Shown piece after piece: positions 26,351 to 38,913 of a stretch of 64,000 nucleotides of DNA (within the stretch, counting starts at the first letter, position 1; each line of letters starts with the position of its first letter). The translations under genes and the position numbers were made by a program. The notes beneath the pieces are model-generated. The model had not been told where the DNA came from, searched no databases, and worked only from the letters and a program-made list of their open reading frames with translations. The stretch spans positions 1,007,164 through 1,071,163 of the forward strand of contig CBFFRP010000297.1 in NCBI GenBank assembly GCA_965644295.1, in the 5' to 3' direction. Source of the stretch: Paraphysomonas bandaiensis. Its lineage: Eukaryota; Protista; Chrysophyceae.

Positions 26351-27497
26351 TTATGAACACAAAGATTTTGAGGTATGTCAGGTATATCAACACTTTGCTT
26401 GCTCAGTGCGTCCGCTTTGAGTGAGAGAGCAAAAATGGTTACACCTTTGTAAATTGTGATGCTAAATTAGTTTGACACTCACTACTGCAGTTCTGGTAGC
26501 TTTAGTTATGCATTTCACTGATATGTAGCAATACTTACTTAAATTATACTGTCAAACTTATAGAAATGCACTTCGTGTATTGTTTCTAGAATGAAAGAAG
26601 ACTACTTTTGGCTAGCTATATACATTTAATTTCGAAGTGTTTCTGCGCAGTATGTAATCAGTATACTCTAAGCATGAGCTTAATCAGTTGTCTCTTTGTG
26701 TCAAAGGAATGAAAGGCAAAATACAATATGTAGGGTGTGTTCTTTTTTTCTTCTCTCCAGTTATCGACTATTCAGTCGCTTAGTTTCTTACTTCCATTAT
26801 ATTACTATACATGTTCACTTATTATGCATCAATCAGTACTGTGTATACATATTTCATGTACACAGTCGCCACTATACAAGTTCAAAACAGCAATATATTC
26901 ATGCATCTTTCAGTACGTGTTGTTTACATAGTCATCAATTATAAATGTATCCATCACATAATTGCAACGGTATAGAATCACATAGCTTATGTTTTGAGGT
27001 TGTATGATGTGTTTATTTGCACCAACAGTGCTCTGTTTGCAGTAATTGCAACAATCCTCTTAATGGTTAAGGCTCTTTGCATTGGACACACATGGGACAC
27101 CTCTGCTGTATATATACACAGATGACTGTTGTCCGTACTTATGTATTGTGCAGCAGTATATACAGTCGAGTGTATGAGTACACTATTGTACTACTGTATT
27201 ATTATATGCTGTATTATCTACTGGTATATTATAGTGGTATAGAGTCTGCTGCTGCTCCTGTCTACCACTGTATACGTGGAGTGTATTCTAATGTATTATA
27301 GGGCAATACGGTACACAGCAAGGCCAACAGCGCAACACTCTCTATATATACATGTACATACATATACATATATACACACATGCCTGTGTTGGAGCATCTA
27401 AGCAATTATCCATATATACAATTCTAGCAGTTAGACACTGTTTGCTGCACTGCTGAAGACCCTATAATACAATCATCGTATATCATATTGCAAGATA

Positions 27498-28304
27498 ATG
27501 TCTAAAAATCTAACAGAGGGACAAAACTTTTCGCTTGGTGTAACAGCTGCATTTATTGAAGGGGTACTCTTGCAACCAACTCTCTATTGGAAAAATGCAA
27601 GAGCTCAGAAGCTACCCTTCACAATTAACCCTAGGATTATTTATCGGGGAACTGCAGCCTCCTTGTACAATGAGATGCAAATGATGGGTCTGCAGTTTGG
27701 TATCACGGGATTGTTTCAAAGTTTTAGTAAAAATGGGTCCGATGCATCAGAAAAGCCCTCTCGCATGCAAGATTACTTATGTGCATTTTCGGGTGGTGCA
27801 GCAGCAGCTATATTTGCTTCCCCTGTTGAATTAATTATGATTCAGCAGCAACGATATGGGGGTAGTGTCTGGAGTACACTACAGAAAGTTCTTTCTGACC
27901 ATGGCACCAAGAATATGTTCCGAGGTTTGATTCCTGCAATGATGAGAGATTCTCTATATGTTTCAGGATTTCTAGGAGTAACTCCAATTCTTCAAGATTA
28001 TTTAATGGAGCATCAGAATATGTCTCCTATTCAGGCTGGCTTTTGGGCATCTATTGCTGGTGGAACTGCGGCTGCTGTACCATCGCATCCTCTGGACCTT
28101 GTGAAGACATGCATGCAAGGCGATCTGGGGCAGTCGCATTATAAAGGTATGATCCATACTTTTAAGCAACTGTGGCAAGAAGGAAAAGTTGTGAGGTTAT
28201 TTAGTGGGTGCTTCTGGAGATCATTTAATATTGTGGGAACGGTCTATATTGCTAATGAGTGCAGGACGAGACTACCTATTCACATGTTTGGATGTGAGTA
28301 CTGA
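27498..28304 (+). CDS. Mitochondrial carrier (SLC25) protein
   Basis: Three carrier repeats with Px(D/E)xxK-type signatures: QPTLYWKNARAQ, SPVELIMIQQQ, HPLDLVKTCMQ. Confidence 0.92.
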   Translation: MSKNLTEGQNFSLGVTAAFIEGVLLQPTLYWKNARAQKLPFTINPRIIYRGTAASLYNEMQMMGLQFGITGLFQSFSKNGSDASEKPSRMQDYLCAFSGGAAAAIFASPVELIMIQQQRYGGSVWSTLQKVLSDHGTKNMFRGLIPAMMRDSLYVSGFLGVTPILQDYLMEHQNMSPIQAGFWASIAGGTAAAVPSHPLDLVKTCMQGDLGQSHYKGMIHTFKQLWQEGKVVRLFSGCFWRSFNIVGTVYIANECRTRLPIHMFGCEY

Positions 28305-28669
28305 GAAGTTAATTGAATTATACAGTGATGTTGATAAACATCGTCGACTTTGTATGGTTACATATATAAAACTTAGTAAGATTAGATTATCTTCAATGTC
28401 CACTGTTATTGCATTCTAAAGGACGTGAATAAGATGTTGCTTTCATCTATCATATATTATAGAAGTCACTAGCAAGAAAGAATTGACACGGATCTATTAT
28501 AAGTAACTTATGCATAATATTAATGACATCTTCGACAGTCTCTCATATCCGCTGGCCAGTTCACTATGTATGGGGAAAATTAAACGGGCTGCCTTATATG
28601 GTAACTGTATCCGTCTTTCAGTATCGTGTAAACTCGTAAAAACGAAAAGTTATTAATTATTTCACGCCC

Positions 28670-29698
28670 TCAATTGGAGAAGCTCCAACATAATATTCTA
28701 CTTACTTTATTTCCACTCACTATACTAATCACTTTTCTATTCTTCTGTAGTACGCCACATCGCCTTAGTTGGTTATCTAATTTAGGGAGACTGTCTCCAG
28801 CATTAACAAGGGTTGTGAACCAAAGTATCGAGTTGCGAATCTCAGTCAAGCTGCTTTCTTTAATCATCTTCGTTATAAATGCCACCTCTCCTCCAGGGTA
28901 CCATAGCTCTTCATCCACCCCGCATAAATTTTGCGTCACGGATTTATTATTTGAACTTTTCTGTCGATTTAAATTTTTATTTTTTCGCCTATTCTTGGTT
29001 TCTGCTTCCTTTTGAGATTTATAGAAAGGAGGATTACACATCGAAAATGCAAACTTCTCTTGAGACTCAACGATTCCTTTAAATATGGACCCTTTGTCGG
29101 CTTGGTGACGCAAAAGAATACGTTCTTGTCTTTTGTTGGCTTCAACATTTCGCCGCGCATATTTCAGTGCAGTTTTATTAGTATCAGACCCCACCATTGT
29201 CCACGTCGGGTGCATTCCTGTAGCAATAAGAGGATATATACAGGATGCTCCACATCCAATGTCTAAGCCTCGTATTGTAGTGATGCCACTAGGCTCCAAT
29301 AGATTAGACTGTATATTAAGTATATATTCAGCTCTACTTGGTATAGGTGGAGTTAAGTATCCTTCTGGTATATCCCAACTAATAACATTATAATGATATT
29401 TCAATAATGCTTTGTTTAATTCATATACACTCCTTGTATCAAAATAAGATATAGTTAAGTCGTTTGTCTTAGAACATTTATATATATATGATTGTAATGA
29501 TGGAGATATATTACAAAGTTGATTATAATCATATCGTTTACGAAATGGACTATCTTGATGATGATGTTCTTTAATATGTATGTTAGTGTTATAATAGTTA
29601 TGGATAGTATGATGGAGTCCTATATAAGACTTATATGGTGGATGAGACCCTATAGTGGTAATACGGGTATGAAATATACAGTGTATGGATGCTTTCAT
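28670..29698 (-). CDS. RlmF/METTL16-family RNA m6A methyltransferase
   Basis: LNKALLK, YLTPPIPSRAEY, GLDIGCGASCIYPL, CNPPFY, GGEVAFI, WFTTLV. True start may lie downstream of the ORF start. Confidence 0.92.
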   Translation of the reverse strand: MKASIHCIFHTRITTIGSHPPYKSYIGLHHTIHNYYNTNIHIKEHHHQDSPFRKRYDYNQLCNISPSLQSYIYKCSKTNDLTISYFDTRSVYELNKALLKYHYNVISWDIPEGYLTPPIPSRAEYILNIQSNLLEPSGITTIRGLDIGCGASCIYPLIATGMHPTWTMVGSDTNKTALKYARRNVEANKRQERILLRHQADKGSIFKGIVESQEKFAFSMCNPPFYKSQKEAETKNRRKNKNLNRQKSSNNKSVTQNLCGVDEELWYPGGEVAFITKMIKESSLTEIRNSILWFTTLVNAGDSLPKLDNQLRRCGVLQKNRKVISIVSGNKVSRILCWSFSN

Positions 29699-30014
29699 AG
29701 TTTATTTAACTATAGATTCTATTGGATGGATGGATGATGTGTGTGTATTAATGGAGTGAAGTTCATGAAGAAGTAAACTTCATATGGCTGCATGGTGATA
29801 CTGTACATGAAAGGACTGACCTATAAATACCATATTTTCGATTACTAAAGGATTAATATCCCCATTTTATGGATAAAAAGCTGGTATTTATTATGTAAAC
29901 TGTATTTTCTATATCATAAACAGAGTGATCTATCATGCACACAGACCTCTACAGTATCATATATATAATATATACCCAGGCTATGAACGAAGTATTGAAG
30001 TGAGATATATTAAC

Positions 30015-30125
30015 ACTTCCTACTTCATACTTCCTACTTCCTACTTCCTACTTCATACTTCATACTTCCTACTTCCTACTTCCTACTTCCTACTTCATAC
30101 TTCATACTTCATACTTCATACTTCA
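30015..30125. repeat. 7-bp minisatellite (TACTTCC/TACTTCA)n
   Basis: Directly visible. Confidence 0.9.
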
Positions 30126-30198
30126 GTATCTTGAAGTGAATGATTTCATAAGCATTTAACGTATAGTACTATACATATATAGTACTCATATATTATAC

Positions 30199-33100
30199 AT
30201 GAAATCTCATACATTATTCTTCTATCTCTTATGTATTCTACATATATATACATGCTACACATATAGATACATAGTTATATATAAATATAAGATGCTACCC
30301 TCATTAATCCATACATATATCACAGATAATCATACATGTGATAGTATGATCACTTATCAATATTCAAGTTATCTATCTGGTAATATACCAACGGATTATA
30401 GTGTGATTACAGTCAATGAACCTGATGATATATGGTTATCTTGTTTATATACACATGATGCTGTGTTGGGTGTGTATATGGATTCTATGTATGATATTAA
30501 TATGAGGAAGATGCTCAATCATGATAATAACAGAGACGATCCATACGATCCATACATACATACAGCAGGGAGCCCTCATCATACAGCAGAGAGCCTTCAT
30601 CATATACAGAGCCTTCATACAGCAGAGAGCCCTCATAGTGTACAGAGCCCTCATAATGTACTAGACCAAGAGGGTCCTTATCAAAAGGGTTATGAGGCTC
30701 AACAGGATCCACATCAACGGGGCCCTCACCAAGAGGGTCAAGAGGGTAATCCTTTACAAGGCACAGAGGGAAATAGACAACACAGTAATCGTCAACTGGA
30801 CCAAGAAGGTCAACAGGGTCCTTATCAAGGGATTCAAGAGGGTCCTCCTCAAGAGAAGAGGTCATACCAGTCAAAACCAGAGGAGGTCCATCCCTATCAA
30901 ATTGCCAAACATCTTATTGAGAAAGGATATCGCGGACAGGGTATTAAAGTCGCTGTCTTTGATTCTGGGCTTGCAGACAACCACCCTCATTTCACGTCCT
31001 ATCATCGCTTTGATTACACTGATGAGAATACTCTATCTGATCCAGTGGGGCATGGCACTTTCGTAGCTGGAGTTATAGCAGGCTTATCAAACGAATGTCC
31101 TGGTATGGCGCCTGATGTAGATTTATATATATTTCGTGTCTTTACAAAGAATCAACGAACGTATACCTCATGGTTTATGGATGCTTTTAACCTTGCTATG
31201 TACCTTGGAATCGATGTGTTAAATCTAAGTGTGGGTGGCATGGACCACGCTGACATCCCGTTTATGAGTAAGATTGATGAACTAGCAGCTAGTGGTGTCA
31301 TAATCGTCTCAGCCATTGGAAATGATGGACCTTTGTGGGGTACTGCGCATAACCCCGCTGACCAAAGTAGTGTAATTGGGGTGGGAGGGTACCTCCGTGA
31401 TGACAAGGTATCCCACTTTTCCTCTCGTGGTATGACACTGTGGGAGGTACCATATGGTACGGGGAGGGTGAAACCGGATATTTTAGCTCCGTCTAGTCGG
31501 GTAGTTAGTCTTCAGCACGTACCACCGTATGGTTGTCGAACCCTATCCGGAACAAGTGTTGCAAACCCTATTGTCACCGGAGCAATAGCATTGCTTCTTT
31601 CTGCATCTGAAAATAGAGAAGAAGTATCCAATGTTGCAGCTATGAAACAGATTCTAATTTCGTCATCCCGAAGCCTATCAAGCTCATCTATCTTTGAACA
31701 AGGGGCTGGGGTGATTGATATTGGTGCAGCGTACGATGTGATGAGAAAATTTGTTCCTCATGTTACCCTCTGGCCGAACCGAATTAGCAATTATGCGATT
31801 GACTGTCCTGTACTTTGGCCGTACTGTGCACATTCAATGTTCAGTACAGCTCAACCCCTTCTTTTTAATCTTACGATATTGAATTCCCATGGCAACATTG
31901 GGTCAGTTGTCGGACTGAGGTGGGAGGAAAAATCTGGTGCTGGACACGGAGTCGATGAAGTCCACCTGCCGGGATACTCCCGTGGCGATAACGTAATACA
32001 TCGTCGTGTTACTCTACGAGGTCCGGTGTTCATGGTTCGTGTGGAGGCCAGCCGACTAATTTACCCGTGGAGTGGTCATGTTGGTGTCGCGATTAGTGTG
32101 AACCCCTCTGCAAGTACGTTTGAGGGAGATGTGTCGGGTCACTTACACGTGGTTGTATCTACTGGTGACATCCGAGATGAAGCATCTATTGCTGTAGACC
32201 TTCAAGTGATACGCCCACCTGTTAGAGAAAAACGTGTATTGTGGGATATTTTTCACAGCATGTCATACCCCTCCCCTTTTGTGCCCAATGATGACCTCGA
32301 TGACATCAGGTGGGCACAATGTATTCTGAATAATCGTATATATACTACTCAACAAAGCACTTTACTTTGCTATACTTATCACAGTGGATGCAGGTCTAAA
32401 ATGGATTTGTATGGAGATCATCCGTTCACGAACTACAGGGATACTTTGAGCGCACTTCGAGAAATGAATTTCGTCGTCGAGATACTACGCGGCCCGTGGA
32501 CATGCTTTGATGCCAATAACTACGGAATTCTTATTATTGCTGATACTGAAGAAACCATTGCAGAAAAGGAAGCCATCAAACTCGAAAATGATGTGCGCTA
32601 TAAGTCTTTATCGGTGCTGGTAATTGGAGACTGGTACGATGAAGTAAGTCTGATGAGAGGATTTATTTATGATGACAGCACGCATTCAACATGGTATCCC
32701 ATCACAGGAGGGGCTAATATTCCCTCGTTAAATAAGTTTCTAAGGCGATTTGGAATTAGCTTTGGATTGCAGTCGTTCAACGGTTTATTCCGTGTAGGAT
32801 ATCAAAACCACGAAGTCCAATTTAAGTATGGAAATACGATATCACGGTTCCCAGCAGGAGGGTATTTGATTCATTCCGCGGCTGGTGAGCTGTTTCCTCT
32901 TAACGGTGGGGGTCTTCGAGGACCGTTTAGAAATACGCAACCGGTAGTTGGGATGATTCAATTAGGGGAGGATGAAACTGACTCTAGTGGGAGAATTGTG
33001 GTGTATGGTGACTCGAGTATTGTGGACTCATCTGTACCCACTGGTAGTGGGGAGAATTATTTGTTGGAATTAATGGTGTATTTTTTGCGTGATGGAATTA

Positions 33101-33345
33101 TTCCAGTGGAAGCCATTGAAGTAGATGAGCCATATAACGATATGCGTATCATGTTACCTTACTCGTCGCGCGAGGTGGTTGATATGGATGATTTAAATCG
33201 TGACATACTTGCCAGAGACACGGAGCACAAACGGTGCGTTTGTGTTGGGAAATGTTTATTGCTTGACGTGTTCTGCAGATTTTCCAAGTTTGGTGCTCTA
33301 GAAGACAAATATTCATTCGAAGATATGTGCACTTTATTGCTCTGA
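30199..33345 (+). CDS. MBTPS1: Site-1 protease / SKI-1 subtilase
   Basis: Triad VFDSG, GHGTFVAG, LSGTSVA; SYTSWF-like RTYTSWFMDAFN, GNDGPLWGT, FSSRGMT.WE.P.G.GRVKPD, WPYC, GDHPFTN, TGGANIP. Probable read-through introns near 32310-32390 and 33233-33278. Confidence 0.93.
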   Translation: MKSHTLFFYLLCILHIYTCYTYRYIVIYKYKMLPSLIHTYITDNHTCDSMITYQYSSYLSGNIPTDYSVITVNEPDDIWLSCLYTHDAVLGVYMDSMYDINMRKMLNHDNNRDDPYDPYIHTAGSPHHTAESLHHIQSLHTAESPHSVQSPHNVLDQEGPYQKGYEAQQDPHQRGPHQEGQEGNPLQGTEGNRQHSNRQLDQEGQQGPYQGIQEGPPQEKRSYQSKPEEVHPYQIAKHLIEKGYRGQGIKVAVFDSGLADNHPHFTSYHRFDYTDENTLSDPVGHGTFVAGVIAGLSNECPGMAPDVDLYIFRVFTKNQRTYTSWFMDAFNLAMYLGIDVLNLSVGGMDHADIPFMSKIDELAASGVIIVSAIGNDGPLWGTAHNPADQSSVIGVGGYLRDDKVSHFSSRGMTLWEVPYGTGRVKPDILAPSSRVVSLQHVPPYGCRTLSGTSVANPIVTGAIALLLSASENREEVSNVAAMKQILISSSRSLSSSSIFEQGAGVIDIGAAYDVMRKFVPHVTLWPNRISNYAIDCPVLWPYCAHSMFSTAQPLLFNLTILNSHGNIGSVVGLRWEEKSGAGHGVDEVHLPGYSRGDNVIHRRVTLRGPVFMVRVEASRLIYPWSGHVGVAISVNPSASTFEGDVSGHLHVVVSTGDIRDEASIAVDLQVIRPPVREKRVLWDIFHSMSYPSPFVPNDDLDDIRWAQCILNNRIYTTQQSTLLCYTYHSGCRSKMDLYGDHPFTNYRDTLSALREMNFVVEILRGPWTCFDANNYGILIIADTEETIAEKEAIKLENDVRYKSLSVLVIGDWYDEVSLMRGFIYDDSTHSTWYPITGGANIPSLNKFLRRFGISFGLQSFNGLFRVGYQNHEVQFKYGNTISRFPAGGYLIHSAAGELFPLNGGGLRGPFRNTQPVVGMIQLGEDETDSSGRIVVYGDSSIVDSSVPTGSGENYLLELMVYFLRDGIIPVEAIEVDEPYNDMRIMLPYSSREVVDMDDLNRDILARDTEHKRCVCVGKCLLLDVFCRFSKFGALEDKYSFEDMCTLLL

Positions 33346-34138
33346 CTATGTTTGTATTGTTGCTTTGGTTCGATATATTTCTTCAGCGTATTTTTATTAT
33401 TTCGGATAGACAGGTAGTGTTGTATACGGTTTGCTAAAACATTTACTAGAGGTGTGTACAGTGTGTGAATTTCCCAAAAGTTGAGGATGTACAGTGCAAC
33501 TTGATATTTATATATAGGACATAGAGTTGCACCTAACTTTAACAAGTCAAGGGTAACGTGTAGCAGAGTAGAATTGTTCGCGGAAGCGTATAAAGCACTA
33601 TATAAATAGCGGAGTCCTAGGATGGGGCAATTGACAGTGAATGACAAGTGATTTTATTATATGTTACTATAAGTCGATGTGATGACCAAACCTGGTGAAT
33701 TTTTGAAAATGTCAATTTAAGTTGAGTTTTTGATGCGTTTTGCAATAAATTAGGCAGTAGGTGCGAAGAATAATGTTTATAACTTTTAATCTAAGCATAG
33801 AGTGCTTTTACAGTTTAGTCATTTTAAATAAGATTTATTTAATGTTAGTCGTGGTATTTAGTAACCAAGGATACACTTGATATTATTAGAGATAAAGCTT
33901 AATAGTATAACAGCAAGATACGTTTGAGCAGAGCGTTAGCACCTCATACATGTGCGTATCTTATACAGTCGCGTATCATGTATAGTTTTGTAATTATTCA
34001 GTCTATTTGGCGTTTCATTGTATACATGTGTTGTATTCACGCGTTAAGGGATATACGTGAATCAATGACTCTTAATAATTTTCGAACACTGATAATGAAC
34101 AAAAAGTTACCACGAAGTGGCATGAACAATGCACATTG

Positions 34139-34400
34139 TAAGGAGATATAGTAAGTTTTATGATGTTGTAGCACTGTGAGTTAGGAACCACGTCATTCAC
34201 CAACATCAACATTCTGTTCTACAAATCATATCTTTAACAGCTACTATATTTTCAGTTTCTTTGTATACTTGTAATAGCTACTCCTATACTGTAGTCATGT
34301 ATATTCTGTATTTCATTGCTACATAGAATACAGGATAACTACTAGCGATTGGCTTTACCAAAATTCAAGTACGCACGTAGGAGTTGGTTGTAGTTCAATA
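34139..34400 (-). mobile_element. Solo LTR of the same copia family, internally deleted
   Basis: Reverse complement of the LTR with a few substitutions and ~45 bp missing near its 3' end; flanked by CATTG at 34134-34138 and 34401-34405. Confidence 0.9.
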
Positions 34401-34528
34401 CATTGTTCGGGGTATAAAGGAGATACTAGCACTTAATTTTACATATAGAATGACCTGGCAATTATAATGGCATTACCAGTAATGACTATTACCATTACTG
34501 TTCCCCGGTCTTGGTATCTACTCTGTAC

Positions 34529-35721
34529 CAGGGATAGGGAACAATATATTGTATTGCAATATATTGTACAATATATTGTATTGCAATATATTGTACAATA
34601 TATTGCAATATATTGTAAAATATATTGATTGGTGGACTGGTCAAATATTCCATCAATAGTGTTTCTGTTAATAGAGCTCACAATACTATTGCAATATATT
34701 GCAATCAATATTATGATAGTCATATAAGAGAAGATCCTCAACTGTATGGTGCAAAATATACGCCTCTGTATACAAATATCCGGAAAATAAGAAAAAAAGC
34801 CTATTTTTGATGTTATTTTCTATTTTTTATGTATCGCCAGCTCAAACAGCACTCTACACCTCTCCACATGTATGTACAGTACTTCTCTTAATATAGTATA
34901 TATATCCTATAGTGACAAGAAGAGACAACTGAATGATGAGTGCATACAAGAGTAGGGACATTTACCGCTGTTTTTGGAGTCCGGTCGAAGGTGTCCCGAA
35001 CAAACACGAGTGTAAAATCTGCGGACGTAAACGACAACAGAATATTCGGAATGGATACAACAATCTAAAGGATCACACTTTCTCTCATGATGTGTGGGAG
35101 GAGACATTGAAGAGGTATTTACGGGCTGTCTGCACCAATGGTCCCATGGATGCTTTTGTTCTGCAGCCTTCAGACAAGGCGAAAACAATTTATGAGTGGG
35201 TGGAGTGGATTGTCGAGGAAAATCTTCCATTAAATTTCTGTGAGAAAATTCTTTGGGTAAGATAACTACAAAAACACTGAAAAAATATATGAGACTGTTG
35301 GAACTGAAGCTACGTGATATGATTAAAGATATATTACCACCAACATTTGGTCTAGTCATGGACGGTTGGACGTCGGACTCCCACCACTACAGTGCAATAT
35401 TTGCAACCTTTTGCGACCGAACCAATACTCCGAATTTGTTATTGTTGTCTTGTAATGTGCAAGAGGATATTGATGACAACACTGTTTTCGATGAAGATCT
35501 ACCTGATGAAGAGAAATTCTACGGATTCACTGCTGCGGATTGGTTTGATACTATCGTAGAAGTTCTCAATAAATTTGGAGTTGAGGTTAACGCTGACAAT
35601 GTTTGCGACATTGTTGAGTTTTATCTTGGAGATAACTGTGCTACAAACAGAAAATTGGCTACTGATTCTGGTAACACCGTATTACTTGTGTGAAATTGTC
35701 GAATGTTATAATATATATTAG
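34529..35721 (+). mobile_element. hAT DNA transposon, 5' half (TIR, subterminal repeats, BED finger and start of the DDE domain)
   Basis: TIR CAGGGATAGGGAACAATATATTG at 34529 after TSD CTCTGTAC; ATATTGCAAT subterminal repeats; ORFs 34933-35265 (CKIC..NLKDH) and 35253-35693 (MDGWT, GDNCATN). Confidence 0.9.
34933..35693 (+). pseudogene. hAT transposase N-terminal half (frameshift ~35250)
   Basis: BED zinc finger, WIVEENLPLNFCE, DGWT, GDNCATNRKLATDSG. Confidence 0.85.
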
Positions 35722-35973
35722 CGCAGTATTCTTAGTATTTGAGATGTTTGAAGTACACATACATGTACAACGTCATACAAAGTCGTAAAATCTGCATAGT
35801 ATATCGATGGACAATATATAAGCGATCATATTTAAGCAATGACTTTGTCAACGATACTCTATGACTCAGAGAATCGCTTTCGCAAGCTTTTTGGGAAATA
35901 CTATTCAATCGGTTGCATAACGTAGTTAAAGCTCATTGTACTGCAGTATTAATCTGTACTATACGGTACAGAG

Positions 35974-37193
35974 CAGGGATAGGGAACAATATATTGCAAT
36001 ACTATTGTTAGGTAGCGTTCCATCAATAGTATTGATGGATTTTTTGAACCGGCCCTACAATACTATTGCAATATATTGTACAATATATTGCAATATATTA
36101 GTATGACTAATCAGTAAGTAAACACATCCGTAGTTTTCATTTTTAGTACTTGCCATATTTTATAAGGTCTAAGGTCACTTGATAATCAAACCCACTACTC
36201 TTAACTAATTAAAAGTTTCCTCATACTCATCCTCTGAGCCATCATCGGTGACATCATCATCACCATATTCATTCAATATTGATTGAAATATGCTTGCATC
36301 CGGCCACAACTGTCGGTTAGCTTTCAGAAACAACAGCATATTAAGTGTAGTAGGATGCATACGTTTGCGCAACACTGATATAATCAGTTTTGCTGCGCTG
36401 AACAGGCGTTCACACGTATTGGAAGTACATACTACATGACTCGTGCACCTGTACTTAGATATATTTCAACTTTTCGCTTCTTAAGTTTTTGAGCTGATTG
36501 AAGAATTTTTTCCGCATAGCCAACTTCAGCTTCATCATCCTCTGTATTGTTGCAATAATCACTGTCTGAACGGAGATATATTCTAACAGCATCTTTCTCA
36601 GATCTTGTCAAGTCCAATTCTTCGCCTGCTTGGAGTTTTGCAATTCCATTCTCGAAATTCGGATCATTAACAATGGGACTGTTTTTCTGTAAAGCAGATA
36701 GTGGATACTTTGGCCTAAAGTCCCTCAATAAGCCATCAAATATGTTCCGGCATTCATAAAGATTCACTTGACTTGATCCTCCAGTTTGAAGCAATTTCGA
36801 GACGCTTTCAAACTTCCTCAGGTCGTCTACAAGGGCGATTATTTCGGTATTCTGTCGAGGAGTAGGAATCATATCAGTAACTGCAAGCGGTAAGTCTTCA
36901 ATTTTTAATACATGATCTTTTATACGCATCCACTTTACGAGAACCTGAAACATAGAAGACCATCTTGTGACATTTACCCTTTCTGGTAGCAGACTGGTTT
37001 GGCCACGTAGCAATGCAGCATTCTTAATCTGCTTCAACTTCCCCATTAGTAGGTCTACTTTGCGAATAAGAGGCCTAATGCCTTCGTCAGATCTTGTCAC
37101 ATCTCCTTGGTTATTCCTCTTCTCTTTGCTGCCAATGAGTTCATTGACAGCGAGATTTAGTCGGTGAGATGCACATCCAACTAGGGGTACCAC
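35974..37193 (-). mobile_element. hAT DNA transposon, 3' half, inverted
   Basis: Same TIR sequence at 35974, preceded by GTACAGAG (reverse complement of the TSD); transposase C-half lies on the minus strand. Confidence 0.9.
36205..37193 (-). pseudogene. hAT transposase C-terminal half (frame break ~36440)
   Basis: VPLVGCASHRLNLAV, TRWSSM, FENGIAKL, then the hATC domain TSNTCERLFSAAKL..RKRMHP..LNMLLFLKANRQLW; stop at 36205-36207. Confidence 0.88.
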
Positions 37194-37208
37194 TTTGTTG
37201 GTTTCTTA

Positions 37209-38563
37209 CTATATATCACTACGCCCAGGCCCAGTAAGCTTCATCTCTACTAGTAGAACATGACACCTATCGCCAGAACCAGGGATTATCGTCAAGAGAC
37301 TCTCTCCAAATACTTCAGCACCATCATGTCGATCCAGCGTTTCGTTGTCACCGTTTACAGAAATGCAGGCAGATCCCTCTATCATGAGAAGATATCCCTG
37401 CCTTTTTACGATAACATATCAGAGGTTTCACAGCAACTATATATCTCGACAAACACAGTGCGTATTGATGTCGTTATATTTTTCGGATGTACTTACCTTC
37501 CGCTCGAAAGTTGCATTGTTACTTTTTCATCTTTCGATATTTCTGTAACATATATATTTGTATCCTGATTTATTTTGATAGGGGTTTCAGCTGGTGATCC
37601 TACATCGGACACCATATGATGCCTATGAAGTACCTCAAAGATGAGAGTAAATAGGAAAAGAAGCACTGTACCATTTATTAGTTCTCAATGAGGAGTCTCC
37701 CGCAGCAGACCCATAGTTAGGTGTTAACCCTCGCGTGCGAGTGTTGATCCATATCTGGATGAATCGCAAAGGTTGCGTCTCATGCAGATTATGCTCGCTA
37801 TGAACCACGCCTCTGCCAGCAGTCTGTACAATACATTTACAGTCTTAGTTTCACAGTACGACTAATCATGACTGATGAGCTGACTACCATAAACTGTATG
37901 TCCCCACGTGTAAGAGTTTCCTCTGTTCCCATTGAATCCTTGTGCGACAGGAAACCGTCAACAATGTAGGTACAGATCTCAACATCTCGATGAGGATGTT
38001 CTCCTGCAAAGTATACAGTCGAATAAAACAGCAAATAAACAGCATCGAACTTCACGTCATCATATACATATATACTTATAAGGGTATTTACCGAATCCAC
38101 GACACGGCTGTACGAGATCATCATTCATGACTCGTAACACTCCAAATCCCATATTGTTAGGATTCGAATATTCCGCAAATGAGAAATGAAATCTGCTTTT
38201 AAGCCCTACAGAGACATATGGTTATATAGTGCTATGCGTATAGCTCTGTGTATAGTTATATATGTGTGTGTCGTTGTATGTATATAGAGTCATATGTATG
38301 TATAGTTCAGTGTGTAGATATGTATATGTATAGTTATGTATACAGTTATATGTATGTGTGTGTATGTGTGTGTGTGTGTGTGTATGTGTGTGTGTGTGTA
38401 TGTATGCGTACAGTTCTTGTTAGTCCAGTGGGGGTTCGAAGGCTCATTGGGAGGGTTACCAAAATAAGAGGGAGGGGGCTCAGATACACCTGAAAGAGGT
38501 TATGGATGAGGTGATGTAGAGAGGGGAGATACCGAGTATGGTAGATGGGATTTTACGGATCAT
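37209..38563 (-). CDS. Pirin-like (YhhW/quercetinase) cupin protein, multi-exon
   Basis: Spliced translation gives WLKSRFHFSFAEY, FGVLRVMNDDLVQP, GEHPHRDVEICTY, HKDSMG, QFMTAGRGVVHSEHN, LRFIQIWI; stop at 37209-37211. Confidence 0.9.
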
Positions 38564-38759
38564 TTGGATGATGTTATTCTTGTGATGTAATATGACCACC
38601 CCATAGAGACATACCCATATATACATACACATACATATATACACACATATATATACACACACATATATATACACACACATATATATACACACACATATAT
38701 ATATACACACCATACCCTCCTACACACCAGATCCAGGTGAAAATATTCTCAGAAATATC

Positions 38760-38913
38760 ACATACGTACATACATACATACATACATACATACATACATA
38801 CATACATACATACATACATACATACATACATACATACATACATACATACATACATACATACATACATACATACGTACATACATACATACATACATACATA
38901 CATACATACATAC
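38760..38913. repeat. (CATA)n microsatellite
   Basis: Directly visible. Confidence 0.97.

Noticed and set aside
34529-37193. Two independent hAT insertions
   Set aside because: Complementary transposase halves and one shared 8-bp TSD indicate a single rearranged element.
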